Below, piece by piece: positions 1 to 9,710 of a stretch of DNA of 64,000 nt. Both the position numbers and the translations under genes were made by a program. Each line of letters starts with the position of its first letter. Position 1 is the stretch's first letter. The DNA is from a virus: positions 1 to 64,000 of the IMG/VR virus record IMGVR_UViG_3300022689_000178; one strand, given 5' to 3'. Under the pieces are notes generated by a model. The model was not told where the DNA came from. It did not search any database and saw nothing but the letters and a program-made list of their open reading frames with translations.

Positions 1-132
1 GATAGAATAATTACTTGCTATATTCAAGAATTTGATGTAAATACAGGAGCAGGAATATTAGCAGATTCTAATATTACTGTTACTGATATTATTAGTGATG
101 AAGGAATAACTGATTTTTATGATAGAATTTAG
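1..132 (+). CDS. 3' end of a gene cut by the window edge, probably tail-fibre/receptor-binding module
   Basis: Frame 1 open from base 1 (DRIITCYIQEFDVNTGAG...FYDRI) to TAG at 130-132; lies next to tail genes. Confidence 0.55.
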   Translation, partial: DRIITCYIQEFDVNTGAGILADSNITVTDIISDEGITDFYDRI

Positions 133-151
133 ATAATAAAAATAAAACAAA

Positions 152-736
152 ATGAATAAAATTGATTTTAAAATAACAAGTAATACTGATATAAAAACTT
201 TAGATGGTATACAAAGTATACCAAATACTGTTTATAAAATCAAGCAAATAGTAGTAAGAAATAACTCTCTAATTATTGAAAGTGCTGGTTATCAATCAGA
301 AGACACTATTACTACTTCTATACCACTTGAAGATGGTGATGGTTGTATTCAAAATATAAGTTTAAAAGAAGGTGTTCATCATTTAATTCCAAAGGTAATT
401 AAGAATCTTGAATCTAAAGGATATACTGTTGATATTTCTTATATGATGAAAAATATAGAATGGCCAGCAGAAGAAAAATTGGTTGATTCTGTTTATGAGG
501 ATACTATTTATAAAAATAGACATGAAAGAGTGTTAATTCTGAAAGATAATTTATTAGATTTAATATTAGATTATCCTTCTTTAGTAACTTATATTAAGAA
601 TAACAATATACCTCTCATAAAGTATGGATTTGGAATTATTCTTTATTTTGAAGAAATTTATAATACCACAGAAGCTCCTCATAGAACTATTTTAGAGAAT
701 TATACACCAGTAAGTTGTTTTGAAATAAAAAAGTAA
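152..736 (+). CDS. hypothetical protein (tail-fibre-associated module)
   Basis: 194-aa ORF with A-rich leader; contains no CpG, unlike downstream genes. Confidence 0.6.
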   Translation: MNKIDFKITSNTDIKTLDGIQSIPNTVYKIKQIVVRNNSLIIESAGYQSEDTITTSIPLEDGDGCIQNISLKEGVHHLIPKVIKNLESKGYTVDISYMMKNIEWPAEEKLVDSVYEDTIYKNRHERVLILKDNLLDLILDYPSLVTYIKNNNIPLIKYGFGIILYFEEIYNTTEAPHRTILENYTPVSCFEIKK

Positions 737-922
737 ATGAGAATAAATAAAAGAAAGAACGGATATAAGATAAATATAATCGTATCAATGATTATATTTA
801 TCTTGTTTTCGGTATCAATGATTAGTAAAGAAATAATTATTTGTATAACTTCTTTTGATGTTATTATTGTTTTTTTATCGGTATTTTTAGTGTGTTTTAA
901 TATTTATAAAAATTTTGAATAA
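737..922 (+). CDS. small membrane protein (2 TM)
   Basis: Basic N-terminus and two hydrophobic stretches; abuts both neighbours. Confidence 0.55.
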   Translation: MRINKRKNGYKINIIVSMIIFILFSVSMISKEIIICITSFDVIIVFLSVFLVCFNIYKNFE

Positions 923-1266
923 TGCAAAGTATAGATAAGATAGTAATAAATGGATTTGCTGATTTTTTTCAACATGTAAATCCATTGTTTGTTGCAACAT
1001 ATTTAGTTTTAACGTGGTTAATAGTTACGTGGTTAAAAGCGGATAATGTTATGCAAGGTCAACAAACACGAATGAGAAAAAGATATATTGTTTTAATTGT
1101 GGCTATATTGTATGGTATTGCCTATTATATTTTTCAAGGAATATTTACCAAACATGAGATATTTAAAATGTTTGTAAGTATTTTATTTACTATATTTATA
1201 AATGAAATGTTTGGTATAAGTGATTTTTTTGACAGAATTTTTAAAATTACTCATAAAAAAAAATAA
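922..1266 (+). CDS. membrane protein, holin-like (3 TM)
   Basis: Three hydrophobic segments and a basic C-tail (THKKK). Confidence 0.5.
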   Translation: MQSIDKIVINGFADFFQHVNPLFVATYLVLTWLIVTWLKADNVMQGQQTRMRKRYIVLIVAILYGIAYYIFQGIFTKHEIFKMFVSILFTIFINEMFGISDFFDRIFKITHKKK

Positions 1267-2847
1267 ATGTTAGTAAATACCGGATTTAAAAATATTGGAG
1301 ATAGTTTAACCATTGTTTTAGAAGCAATAGTTGATGCAATTTCGTTTCAAGATTTTGTCGATGTTACGGATGAGGTTGTAGATAGGTATTTTGATAAATA
1401 TTTCCGGTTTTCACAAGATGATCAATTTACATATACGGATTGGATTGAATTAACACAATCTAATTTACAGGCACAAACTTTGAATTCATTGCGTATTATA
1501 TGGATGGAAGTGAAATATATAAGACAGGGAAGTAATTCGACCGGAATATTAAATTGGAATTATTTTGAGTTACAAGTAAATGTGGATATTGATCAGGTTA
1601 AAACATTATATCCTATAATCTTTACAAATAGGAATCATATTTTTGGTCATATTGAAGTGAATGATGTCGATTGGCATACATACTGTATTAATTTGGCTAA
1701 AAAGTTATGGGCTGAAGGAATTTCTGCTAATTTTATTGATAGGACTAATGAATTTTGGTATTTTATAAAAACGATTGCATGTTATTTATCATTATATTAT
1801 CGTTATGCAATAGAATATGAACGTATTTTAGATAATGTTGTATTATTAAGGGATTGGTTAAAACAACGTGGTTTATATTTTTGTGGTAAAGAGGATTTGA
1901 CAGAATTAAGAAATATGGCTGCAAATTATTATGATAAGATACGAAAAAGAGGGACAATTGAGGCAAATGATGAAATTAAAAAGGTAATTTGTTATAATGA
2001 ATGTGATGAATTTATTTTTAATTTGATAAATAATAATCATTCTGGATGGTTTGTTGATGTTACAAGTCCAAATTATTTAAGTTTGGAGGGTGTTACAGAA
2101 ATAAATAAAATGCCAGGTATAAATGAATCAGTTGGAGAATTAGATGAATATGTTTTAGTCAATAGTTCATATATAGCATTAACAACCGATATTAATCCGG
2201 AGGGCGATATAAAAACAGTAATGAATATTACAAATGAATTACAAGATTGTGGTATTTATTATGACAAAATATTTGATATTGAGGATAATTTTATAATGAA
2301 TGTTGATCCGGAATTGAATTATGAAATTTCATTCATGGTAAAACAAATCAATAATTTGACTGAAATAGATTTCGGAGTTGATGTATATGATTGTTCCGGT
2401 AATCATATAGATTGTATAGATTTAGTAACGGGAGGTAATAATAATAGTTTTATTGATTTTGCTACGTCAATTGATATATATCCTAAGAATGAATACGTAA
2501 AATTTAGAGGTATTTTATTTAATAAGGATGAATCATTAAGAAGTTTGGCGGATGCACAATTGAATATTGGAGTTGGAAATTATTTAAAGATGCCGGCAAA
2601 TGCAGCATTTATTTATCCGAGAATTATATTTAAACCTGGTACCGTCAAAGATGTGAATATATATAATGTTCGGGTAGCATTGTTAGACCATAATATTCCT
2701 ATGGCGAGTTATATTTCTTTAGCTAAATATGTTTTATCTTATATAAAAAATAATAGTGTATCAAATTCAGATATGACAGTTAAAAATATTATTGACAAAT
2801 ATTTAATACCTTTGAAGGCATATTTTGATTTAAATTTATTAAATTAA
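1267..2847 (+). CDS. baseplate/tail structural protein
   Basis: 526 aa, acidic and beta-rich; co-transcribed with tail genes; call rests on context only. Confidence 0.55.
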   Translation: MLVNTGFKNIGDSLTIVLEAIVDAISFQDFVDVTDEVVDRYFDKYFRFSQDDQFTYTDWIELTQSNLQAQTLNSLRIIWMEVKYIRQGSNSTGILNWNYFELQVNVDIDQVKTLYPIIFTNRNHIFGHIEVNDVDWHTYCINLAKKLWAEGISANFIDRTNEFWYFIKTIACYLSLYYRYAIEYERILDNVVLLRDWLKQRGLYFCGKEDLTELRNMAANYYDKIRKRGTIEANDEIKKVICYNECDEFIFNLINNNHSGWFVDVTSPNYLSLEGVTEINKMPGINESVGELDEYVLVNSSYIALTTDINPEGDIKTVMNITNELQDCGIYYDKIFDIEDNFIMNVDPELNYEISFMVKQINNLTEIDFGVDVYDCSGNHIDCIDLVTGGNNNSFIDFATSIDIYPKNEYVKFRGILFNKDESLRSLADAQLNIGVGNYLKMPANAAFIYPRIIFKPGTVKDVNIYNVRVALLDHNIPMASYISLAKYVLSYIKNNSVSNSDMTVKNIIDKYLIPLKAYFDLNLLN

Positions 2848-2852
2848 ATGAA

Positions 2853-4640
2853 ATGGATTTTATAAAAACAAATATTGATCAGTTTATTGGAGGAATTGAA
2901 TTAAAACGAATTATCAGATCGCTTGGTGAAAGATATTCGCAATTGATTATACAATTTATAACGGATAATTATGGAATTGTAAAAAAAGATTCTGATAGTT
3001 CATTTGATAATTTAAAGGTGATTGCAGGTAGCAACGCAAATGATATTTCAATAAATTCCGGTTATGCTATAAATGATTCGGAAAAAATTATTCATATTGA
3101 GAATGATTTATTAGATTATTACCAAATTCCAAATACAGATACGTGGTATTATGTATATATTGAGTCCACAGAAACAAATGAAGAAGATGGAACAATTGAT
3201 ATTTCCGTTACTGGCCAAATAACAGGATTAAATACAGAATTTACAAAAGTTTTACGGGGTGGTTCAAATTTTAACATAAAAATTAAGTTTACTAATGCGG
3301 CATTAAATACAGATGAATATGAAGTTAATAGTGTTACAAGTGATATTGTTGCACAATTAGTTGGAACAAATTTTCAGGCAGAAACGGGTTTGAAATATAA
3401 AATAGTTGGAACATTTATGCAAGGTAAAATTATACCGGTATCAAAAAAGGATATTTTTCAATATGATAAATATACAATCATTATTAGTACAAATGATTCA
3501 TTGGAGGTTTTAGGCAGTAAATTTTTGTTGGCACGTGTAAAATTAAATGGAACTGTTCGTACAATAGAAGATATGCGAACACAATTATATTATTTGAATG
3601 CAGATTCAAAAATTGGCGATAGAGAATATACGGAACAAAATTATATAACAAATTATCAAAGTATAACGGATTCGTTGGATGAATTGGATATTGCTATTAA
3701 TGATATTGTGATAACATCTCCAAGTTTTGCAAATCAAACAGAGAATGAGCAGGGCGCAATTAGTGATAAAATTGTAAGTCCGTTAGGGAATCAATATCAT
3801 TATGACTATCAATTGACTCAAAATAAAACATTGACCGGTAATAGGATATTTGAGGGAAAAACTTCTTTTGATAATTTCACGGAATATGTTTATTTGGATG
3901 GGGGTAATATAAGACCGGCTGATGGCAGTCCGACTGTGGGAAGTTCACCGGAAACAATGCCTATTTTGTTTTTTAAAGATAATATAAGAGATACGGATAC
4001 AAGACGATTAATGTTTTTGATGCAAGCATCATGGGATGGGTGGAGGCATTTTTCATTCCTTAACATATATGGTATACAAACATCTACGATTAATCAATTT
4101 GATCAGGCAGGTATTGGATTTGATGGTATACGTTATTTACAATTTGTGGATAATAGTGGAATGGAAAGCGGAAAAATAGAAAGTGATGTAAATAATTTAG
4201 TCATAAAAGGATTAAAAAAAGACAATATTTCGTTTTCAATAGATGTAGCAAATGTTTCTAATGATGTTGAGGATATTCAATCGAGTACTGATTTTATTTT
4301 AACACGTTCGGGAGTTAATAGTATTTTATTGAAGGTTGTATTTATTGGTAAAATAAAATCTGGACGTGGTTCAAGTGTACGCATCAATATTGTATTAGAT
4401 GAAAGTATAAATTATCAATACCAACAAACAATAGTTGGAACAGTTGTAGATGCCGGAACAGATCCGTCCACTTATAATTTTAAGGATTTTGTGGCGTGTG
4501 CGTTTACAATAAGATCAGGAGGTAATATTAGGGCACATAAATTAGATGGGGTTAATTTTGAGGATGGTAAATATTATAGATTTGAATTTTCAGGTATGGT
4601 ATTATTGAATGGAGATAGTTATTCAGATATAACAGTATAA
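2853..4640 (+). CDS. baseplate wedge / tail-fibre-base protein
   Basis: 595 aa; LKVIAG..ISINSGYAI and FLLARV...IEDMR resemble tail-fibre attachment domains. Confidence 0.55.
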   Translation: MDFIKTNIDQFIGGIELKRIIRSLGERYSQLIIQFITDNYGIVKKDSDSSFDNLKVIAGSNANDISINSGYAINDSEKIIHIENDLLDYYQIPNTDTWYYVYIESTETNEEDGTIDISVTGQITGLNTEFTKVLRGGSNFNIKIKFTNAALNTDEYEVNSVTSDIVAQLVGTNFQAETGLKYKIVGTFMQGKIIPVSKKDIFQYDKYTIIISTNDSLEVLGSKFLLARVKLNGTVRTIEDMRTQLYYLNADSKIGDREYTEQNYITNYQSITDSLDELDIAINDIVITSPSFANQTENEQGAISDKIVSPLGNQYHYDYQLTQNKTLTGNRIFEGKTSFDNFTEYVYLDGGNIRPADGSPTVGSSPETMPILFFKDNIRDTDTRRLMFLMQASWDGWRHFSFLNIYGIQTSTINQFDQAGIGFDGIRYLQFVDNSGMESGKIESDVNNLVIKGLKKDNISFSIDVANVSNDVEDIQSSTDFILTRSGVNSILLKVVFIGKIKSGRGSSVRINIVLDESINYQYQQTIVGTVVDAGTDPSTYNFKDFVACAFTIRSGGNIRAHKLDGVNFEDGKYYRFEFSGMVLLNGDSYSDITV

Positions 4641-4643
4641 ATT

Positions 4644-5762
4644 ATGTTAAAAATATTATATAGTTCGGCATCTTTTGTAAGTTTTGATTATTTAAAACAG
4701 ACTGCCAAGTCAATAGGTGGTTTACCTACTAATGTACAGGTTTCAAAAGGAATTAATCGTTTATTTGGAACGGTTGCGATGTCCGATTTATCTGGTGGGA
4801 GTGAAACGTATAGATGTGTATTTTTGAAAAATGATAGTGAATCGCAAGAAATTCAAAACTTAGAATTGTATGTAGATATATTATTAGATACGTTAGGCGA
4901 AGGATTTGATCCGCAAACATTAACTCCGGTCGATGGTGATAAATATATTGTTCCGGTAAATGCGATTAATGAATGGGAGGGATATGATGGTAAAATTGCA
5001 ATGTGGAATGATATGGAAAGTGTATGGAAATTTACATTTGATAATTTTTTTAATTTTGAATTTGCAAAAGAAATACCGGCAGATATTACCGTAAATGATC
5101 AATTGTATGAACAATCACAAGTCCAAATTGTAAATGATATATATGATTCTCCTTATGGAATTGATTTTGTGCCGGCAAATACAGATGTTAATAAATTAAG
5201 TATAGGTAATATACAAGCCGGAAAACAAGTTGCCTTATGGATAAAACGTATTGTAGAAAAATATTTAGTTCAATTAATTGATTTTAATGTTGCGGGTATT
5301 AATATAGATGAGGGAGGAATTGTTTTAGGTAATGGACAAACAGTAGTTTTGAAATTTAGTTACATTCTAAAAACTTCATACCAATTTGTATTAGATGATA
5401 GTTATTCTGTTAATGTTTCTACTCCATTAGTGATAAATACCGAAATGAAAACAAATGAAATTGGAGAAGAGGGATATACTAATTTACGATGTAATGTATT
5501 ATTCAAAAAAGATAATATTATTGTAGGTTCGGGTATTGATATGGATGTTGTATTTATGGGCGATACATACAATAATGTTCAAAGTTTAGAATATTTTGGA
5601 TTAGTTGGAGGTTTTCTTGCAGGCATATCGTTTAATGAGTCCGCCAATATTACATTATCTTTTAATAGTGCTGGTGTATATGATATTGATATTGATATTG
5701 TGGATTTATTGAATGATGAAAATATTTTATATACCGGAAATATGCATGTAATAGTTAGTTGA
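4644..5762 (+). CDS. tail protein with DUF2793-like insertion
   Basis: PVDGDKYIVP..AINEWEGYDGKIAMWN..WKF matches the DUF2793 pattern; YRCVFLKN motif of tail proteins. Confidence 0.6.
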   Translation: MLKILYSSASFVSFDYLKQTAKSIGGLPTNVQVSKGINRLFGTVAMSDLSGGSETYRCVFLKNDSESQEIQNLELYVDILLDTLGEGFDPQTLTPVDGDKYIVPVNAINEWEGYDGKIAMWNDMESVWKFTFDNFFNFEFAKEIPADITVNDQLYEQSQVQIVNDIYDSPYGIDFVPANTDVNKLSIGNIQAGKQVALWIKRIVEKYLVQLIDFNVAGINIDEGGIVLGNGQTVVLKFSYILKTSYQFVLDDSYSVNVSTPLVINTEMKTNEIGEEGYTNLRCNVLFKKDNIIVGSGIDMDVVFMGDTYNNVQSLEYFGLVGGFLAGISFNESANITLSFNSAGVYDIDIDIVDLLNDENILYTGNMHVIVS

Positions 5763-5795
5763 AAATAATTAATATTTTATAATATTGTTTGTTAT

Positions 5796-5829
5796 AAAAA
5801 AGGTTATCAAAATTTGATAACCTTTTTTT
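5796..5829 (+). terminator. intrinsic terminator
   Basis: AAAAAAGGTTATCAA-AAT-TTGATAACCTTTTTTT after the tail operon. Confidence 0.85.
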
Positions 5830-5904
5830 GTGTTAATGGTAAAAATAATTTTTATAAATTTAATATGGCATGGTAATATGATGTTTAATTTTAAATTAAT
5901 AAAA

Positions 5905-6069
5905 ATGAAATTTGAATTTGTAAAGGCTACGGAAATAACTGAAATAGCTATGACAAATCCTGAATATAAGAAAAATGGTTATTTAAGGGTATTTATTTGT
6001 CCGGATGTATTGGATATATGGTTATTAAGAATATTAAGAGGATATGGTATTAATGATTTAAAACAATAA
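5905..6069 (+). CDS. small hypothetical protein
   Basis: ATG at 5905 after an A-rich leader (MKFEFVK...), in frame with the track ORF 5830..6069. Confidence 0.55.
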   Translation: MKFEFVKATEITEIAMTNPEYKKNGYLRVFICPDVLDIWLLRILRGYGINDLKQ

Positions 6070-6072
6070 ATT

Positions 6073-6477
6073 ATGTTTGATATACAAGAAAAAGAAGGAT
6101 TAATTGTAGTTTCGGTAAAAGATGGCAAACAATTACTGAGATTACAAAGTGATGGTACGGTTGAAAAATCTGTATCTGTGGATGAGGTGAAAGATGAAAT
6201 AAAAGAACATTTTAGGCAGGTTTTAATGATATCGCCTAAAATGTGGCAAGCCATTTTCACTTTGCGAGATATACGTGTAAATGAGAAACATGTAAAAAAA
6301 TTGTTTACAATGGATTTGTCGCGAACAATTTTATCGGAATTGTTTGAATTGGAAAGGGCAGAGTATTTATGGATAAAATATTTGGCAAATGATAAAAATT
6401 TGATTGAATTTTTGATTCGGGAATTAGAGAAAGATGAATTGCAAATATTTTTACATTATTTGAATAAAGAAATGTAA
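6073..6477 (+). CDS. hypothetical protein
   Basis: 134-aa ORF with operon spacing. Confidence 0.7.
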   Translation: MFDIQEKEGLIVVSVKDGKQLLRLQSDGTVEKSVSVDEVKDEIKEHFRQVLMISPKMWQAIFTLRDIRVNEKHVKKLFTMDLSRTILSELFELERAEYLWIKYLANDKNLIEFLIRELEKDELQIFLHYLNKEM

Positions 6478-6660
6478 AATAATACTATTTCCGAGTATTT
6501 GTATTGCGTATAACGCAAAGCACTGTAAAAAAGATAGATGTAAAATTTCAAATATCAAGGAATGTTGGCGATGATCAAAGAAATGAAATATTAAATCAGT
6601 TAAGGTTTTAAGTAAAGTGAAAATAAACATTGTATTATCAATGTTTTTTAAAAAAAACAT

Positions 6661-6668
6661 TAAATTTG
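6661..6668 (+). promoter_or_regulatory. Bacteroidota-type -7 promoter element
   Basis: TAAATTTG (TAnnTTTG) 27 nt before ATG 6696. Confidence 0.5.
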
Positions 6669-6695
6669 TTTATTTAAAATATAAATTAAGTTAAT

Positions 6696-7250
6696 ATGAG
6701 TTGTACGGCAATATTAGAAAAGTTTTCTATTCCAAAAAATTATACTGAGGATCAAAAAAAATGGATTACAAGAGCTATTATGGTAAAAACTGATCCGATA
6801 AAATATATGAAAAAAAAGAAAAAGCAAAGGCAGAAAAATGTAGTTAATAGTAATATTGCACCGGTCGAATGTGAAAAGGTTTTTGAAAAAGCAGTAAAGT
6901 ATTTTGAAATGTATGATTTAAAACCGGTTTTAATCACAGCCAGCATGTCAGTAAAAATACAATTGGAAAAGTCAGTAAGAAATTTAATCACATATAGACT
7001 CCCACGAATAGTTAATAATAAAATTGTAGGTAATTTGTATTTTAATGTGGTTAAAAATGATAATGATATTGAAAAACTGAAAATTGATCAGTTTGACATA
7101 AAAAGGGATAATTATGGACAGTTTAAAATTAATCGGATAACATTAGAGGATGTTTTAGAAATAATGACTGAAGAAAAGATTAGATATTTAAAAATTATCG
7201 CTAAACGAATAGATAATGAATATAGATATAATCAAAATAAGAAAACATGA
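6696..7250 (+). CDS. hypothetical basic protein
   Basis: 184-aa ORF overlapping the next gene (ATGA). Confidence 0.7.
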   Translation: MSCTAILEKFSIPKNYTEDQKKWITRAIMVKTDPIKYMKKKKKQRQKNVVNSNIAPVECEKVFEKAVKYFEMYDLKPVLITASMSVKIQLEKSVRNLITYRLPRIVNNKIVGNLYFNVVKNDNDIEKLKIDQFDIKRDNYGQFKINRITLEDVLEIMTEEKIRYLKIIAKRIDNEYRYNQNKKT

Positions 7251-7885
7251 AAAAATATAATGCTCAAAGAATAATTGAAATGATTAGTGATAAAGATAAA
7301 AAGGATTGTGTTATATTAAATTATGAAAAAAATGATACAATAAAAACGTTCCAGAAAATAGCAATTATAAAAAATGGAATAGTAAAATCTTTAAAAAATG
7401 ATAGAATCATAAAATTTTATAGACAAGATGATTTTATCAATTTAACCCACCTTTATAAATTTGAAAATACCCCAAAATTTATTTCTTGTAATGATTCTGA
7501 AATATTATATATACCAATATTAATAATGAAAAAATATATACAAGAAAACATATATTTTTCGGAATCTGTATTTGAATCGTATTTTAATGAAATAAATGAT
7601 TTACAAAATAGAATACAGGTTTTATCTACCAATAATGCAAAAAAACGAATGGCCGAAACATTTGTATCTATGCAAGAAAAATATCCTAATAAAGATATAC
7701 AGATGCCTATAAATGGGAATGATTGGGCGTGTTATATGGGTATGCGGACGGAAACATTTATTCGCAAATTGCAGGAGTTCAGAAATGATAATATTATTGA
7801 ATGTGAAAAACAGCAAAAATCTAATAATTATGGAGTATATCGCATCCTGAATATTGAATTTTTAAAAAAATTTATTTTGATATGA
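7247..7885 (+). CDS. Crp/Fnr-family transcriptional regulator
   Basis: C-terminal HTH INGNDWACYMGMRTETFIRKLQEF (Crp-type G.T.ET..R); N-terminal cNMP-like fold (YEKNDTI..IIKNGIVK); 212 aa. Confidence 0.85.
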   Translation: MKKYNAQRIIEMISDKDKKDCVILNYEKNDTIKTFQKIAIIKNGIVKSLKNDRIIKFYRQDDFINLTHLYKFENTPKFISCNDSEILYIPILIMKKYIQENIYFSESVFESYFNEINDLQNRIQVLSTNNAKKRMAETFVSMQEKYPNKDIQMPINGNDWACYMGMRTETFIRKLQEFRNDNIIECEKQQKSNNYGVYRILNIEFLKKFILI

Positions 7886-7925
7886 TAATTGTCATAAATA
7901 TTATATATACAAAACATTAAATTTG
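7883..7925 (+). promoter_or_regulatory. Crp/Fnr-type box plus -7 element
   Basis: TGATAATTGTCA 7883-7894, 23-nt spacer, TAAATTTG 7918-7925. Confidence 0.75.
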
Positions 7926-7943
7926 TCGAAAAAATAATAAGAT

Positions 7944-8369
7944 ATGGATTATATAAATGATGCAAAGGTATATATTCCTTGCAAATACAAAGATGTTGAG
8001 CCGGGTGTGTATGATATAGTAACTATTGGGCATGTAACAGATATTGGATATAATGAAGTAGAAATATTGTATAATAATTCTATTATAGAAGTAAATATAT
8101 TTATTTTTGATTGGAAAATAGACATTAAATTTCCGGTATTGGTTTATAATGGGTTTAATGGAATACCGAAAATGAAAGATACAATAATGAAAGATGAATT
8201 GTATTGCATTAATCCGAGCGAAATGACTGTTAAAGAATTTGTAGATTTTTGCGGATCGATTAAAAATGCTTATCAAAGAGCATATATAATGGAGTGGGCA
8301 ATATCTTTTGAGAATGATAAAGTTAAGGAAAAGAGATTTATAAAGTCAATTGAGAAAAAAATAAAATAA
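7944..8369 (+). CDS. hypothetical protein
   Basis: 141-aa ORF directly after the promoter. Confidence 0.7.
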   Translation: MDYINDAKVYIPCKYKDVEPGVYDIVTIGHVTDIGYNEVEILYNNSIIEVNIFIFDWKIDIKFPVLVYNGFNGIPKMKDTIMKDELYCINPSEMTVKEFVDFCGSIKNAYQRAYIMEWAISFENDKVKEKRFIKSIEKKIK

Positions 8370-8908
8370 TGGCTATAAATATAGATCAAATAGAAGATTT
8401 GGATAAATTATCCATAAAAGAACTTACTCCTTTATTTGAATATTTTTTAAAATCGGAACAGTTTAAAAAATATTTAACTAAAGTTAAAAAAAAGATAGTT
8501 AGTATACCTGCCAAATCGCATCCATCACATACTCCATGCAAAGAATTTTTCCTGCAATTCTATAAAAACAATAAACCAAATGAATTTTATTGGACACCCA
8601 AAGAGGCGGCATCTTTAAATAAATTGTTACAAAAAATAGAATATTTACTAGGTGCAAAGAAAACCGAAAAAAAGGTATTAGAGGCTTTTAAAAGATTATT
8701 AATAAAAATACCGGATGTTGATCCTTTTGTTTATAGAGAATTAAGTATTTCTTTAATTAATTCAAGGTTTAATGAGATAATATCAAAAATTAGACAGCAT
8801 GGAAATTATAAAATGGTCAAAGTTCGGCCAATGGATGGTGGCAAGGTGATATATATATCGTTAGATGATTATAAGGCAAAAAAACATTTTTATAAAATTG
8901 TTCCATGA
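8369..8908 (+). CDS. hypothetical protein, possibly replication-related
   Basis: 179 aa, basic and helical; overlaps the previous stop codon. Confidence 0.65.
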   Translation: MAINIDQIEDLDKLSIKELTPLFEYFLKSEQFKKYLTKVKKKIVSIPAKSHPSHTPCKEFFLQFYKNNKPNEFYWTPKEAASLNKLLQKIEYLLGAKKTEKKVLEAFKRLLIKIPDVDPFVYRELSISLINSRFNEIISKIRQHGNYKMVKVRPMDGGKVIYISLDDYKAKKHFYKIVP

Positions 8909-9035
8909 AAAATATAAGATTGAAATGAGGCAAGGCAAATACGTTGCTGTTGCTTTTAGATGGATTCATAGCGTAGAAGAGTTAACTCAAATTTACGAGA
9001 GCATAACACGAAAGAAAATAGATGAGTCGATTTAA
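8906..9035 (+). pseudogene. 3' fragment of a cassette gene
   Basis: Open frame EKYKIEMRQG...YESITRKKIDESI whose TAA lies inside the ATTTAAC end motif; C-rich codon style unlike its neighbours. Confidence 0.4.
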
Positions 9036-9092
9036 CGCTTGCAGTTAGTTTGCATTGTTGGCGTTTTAATGCCGTCCAACGCCCTGTTATGT
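9030..9092. mobile_element. degenerate attC-like cassette site
   Basis: ATTTAACG...GCAGTTAGT...GTTGGCGTTTTAATGCCGTCCAAC...TGTTATG; shares GCAGTTAGT, CGTTTTAATG and TGTTA with the site at 17000. Confidence 0.55.
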
Positions 9093-9118
9093 TTATATTT
9101 TTTTTATTCAATAGAAAT

Positions 9119-9279
9119 ATGAAAAAAGACTATATTACAAATCCTACATTATTTGGTAAACCTGAAATTATTGGTTTTGGCTCAATGGATTTTCATATAA
9201 AAGAAGTGGAAGAAAAAAAGCTAATCGGATAATCGTAAAAAATTATTATTCAAAAAAGTTTTATAATAAACTTGAATAA
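9119..9279 (+). pseudogene. truncated, frameshifted Mom-like DNA-modification gene
   Basis: MKKDY..PEIIGFGSMDFHIKEVEEKK, then after adding one A to the A7 run at 9213-9219 ANRIIVKNYYSKKFYN; resembles Mu Mom IVGYGSKELRV...ARTIIQTKHYSRRFVN as recalled from memory. Confidence 0.65.
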
Positions 9280-9312
9280 AAGATAAATAGATTAATTATA
9301 ATTTTAAAGCTT

Positions 9313-9642
9313 ATGTTTTTATTAAAAAGTATAATACAGATAATAAAAGATATTCCAAATGTGAATGATATGGCAAAGATGAAGGAATCTGATGTTTATA
9401 GTGCAATAAATAAGGCGGTTAATCTTTGTTTTGTTACTTTGAACAATAATATAAAAAAATTATGTGATGGAAAAGTAATTATAGGCCATTATGAAAGAAT
9501 GTTTATGATTTGGGATCAGGCAGTTTATAAATTAAACAAAGATGGAATATATATAATTAAAAAAGATGGTTTGAAAGATTTTATTTTGCATGAAAAACCA
9601 ACATTAAAGGCATTTTTTGATAATAAAAATTCAAAAGTTTAA
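9313..9642 (+). CDS. hypothetical protein
   Basis: 109-aa ORF. Confidence 0.65.
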   Translation: MFLLKSIIQIIKDIPNVNDMAKMKESDVYSAINKAVNLCFVTLNNNIKKLCDGKVIIGHYERMFMIWDQAVYKLNKDGIYIIKKDGLKDFILHEKPTLKAFFDNKNSKV

Positions 9643-9710
9643 TTAATATGTCAAAAATTAGATAAAATTATAAAGAAAATTGGTCATGATTGAATAATTA
9701 ATAAAATAGT

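Noticed and set aside
6624-6647. Palindrome AAACATTG...CAATGTTT as another Crp/Fnr box
   Set aside because: The half-site sequence and the spacing to the -7 element do not fit the TGAY-N4-RTCA-N23 pattern.
9050-9232. Track ORFs starting at 9050, 18130 and 34212
   Set aside because: Their 5' extensions run through hairpin or promoter DNA; better starts are 9119, 18223 and 34317/34350.
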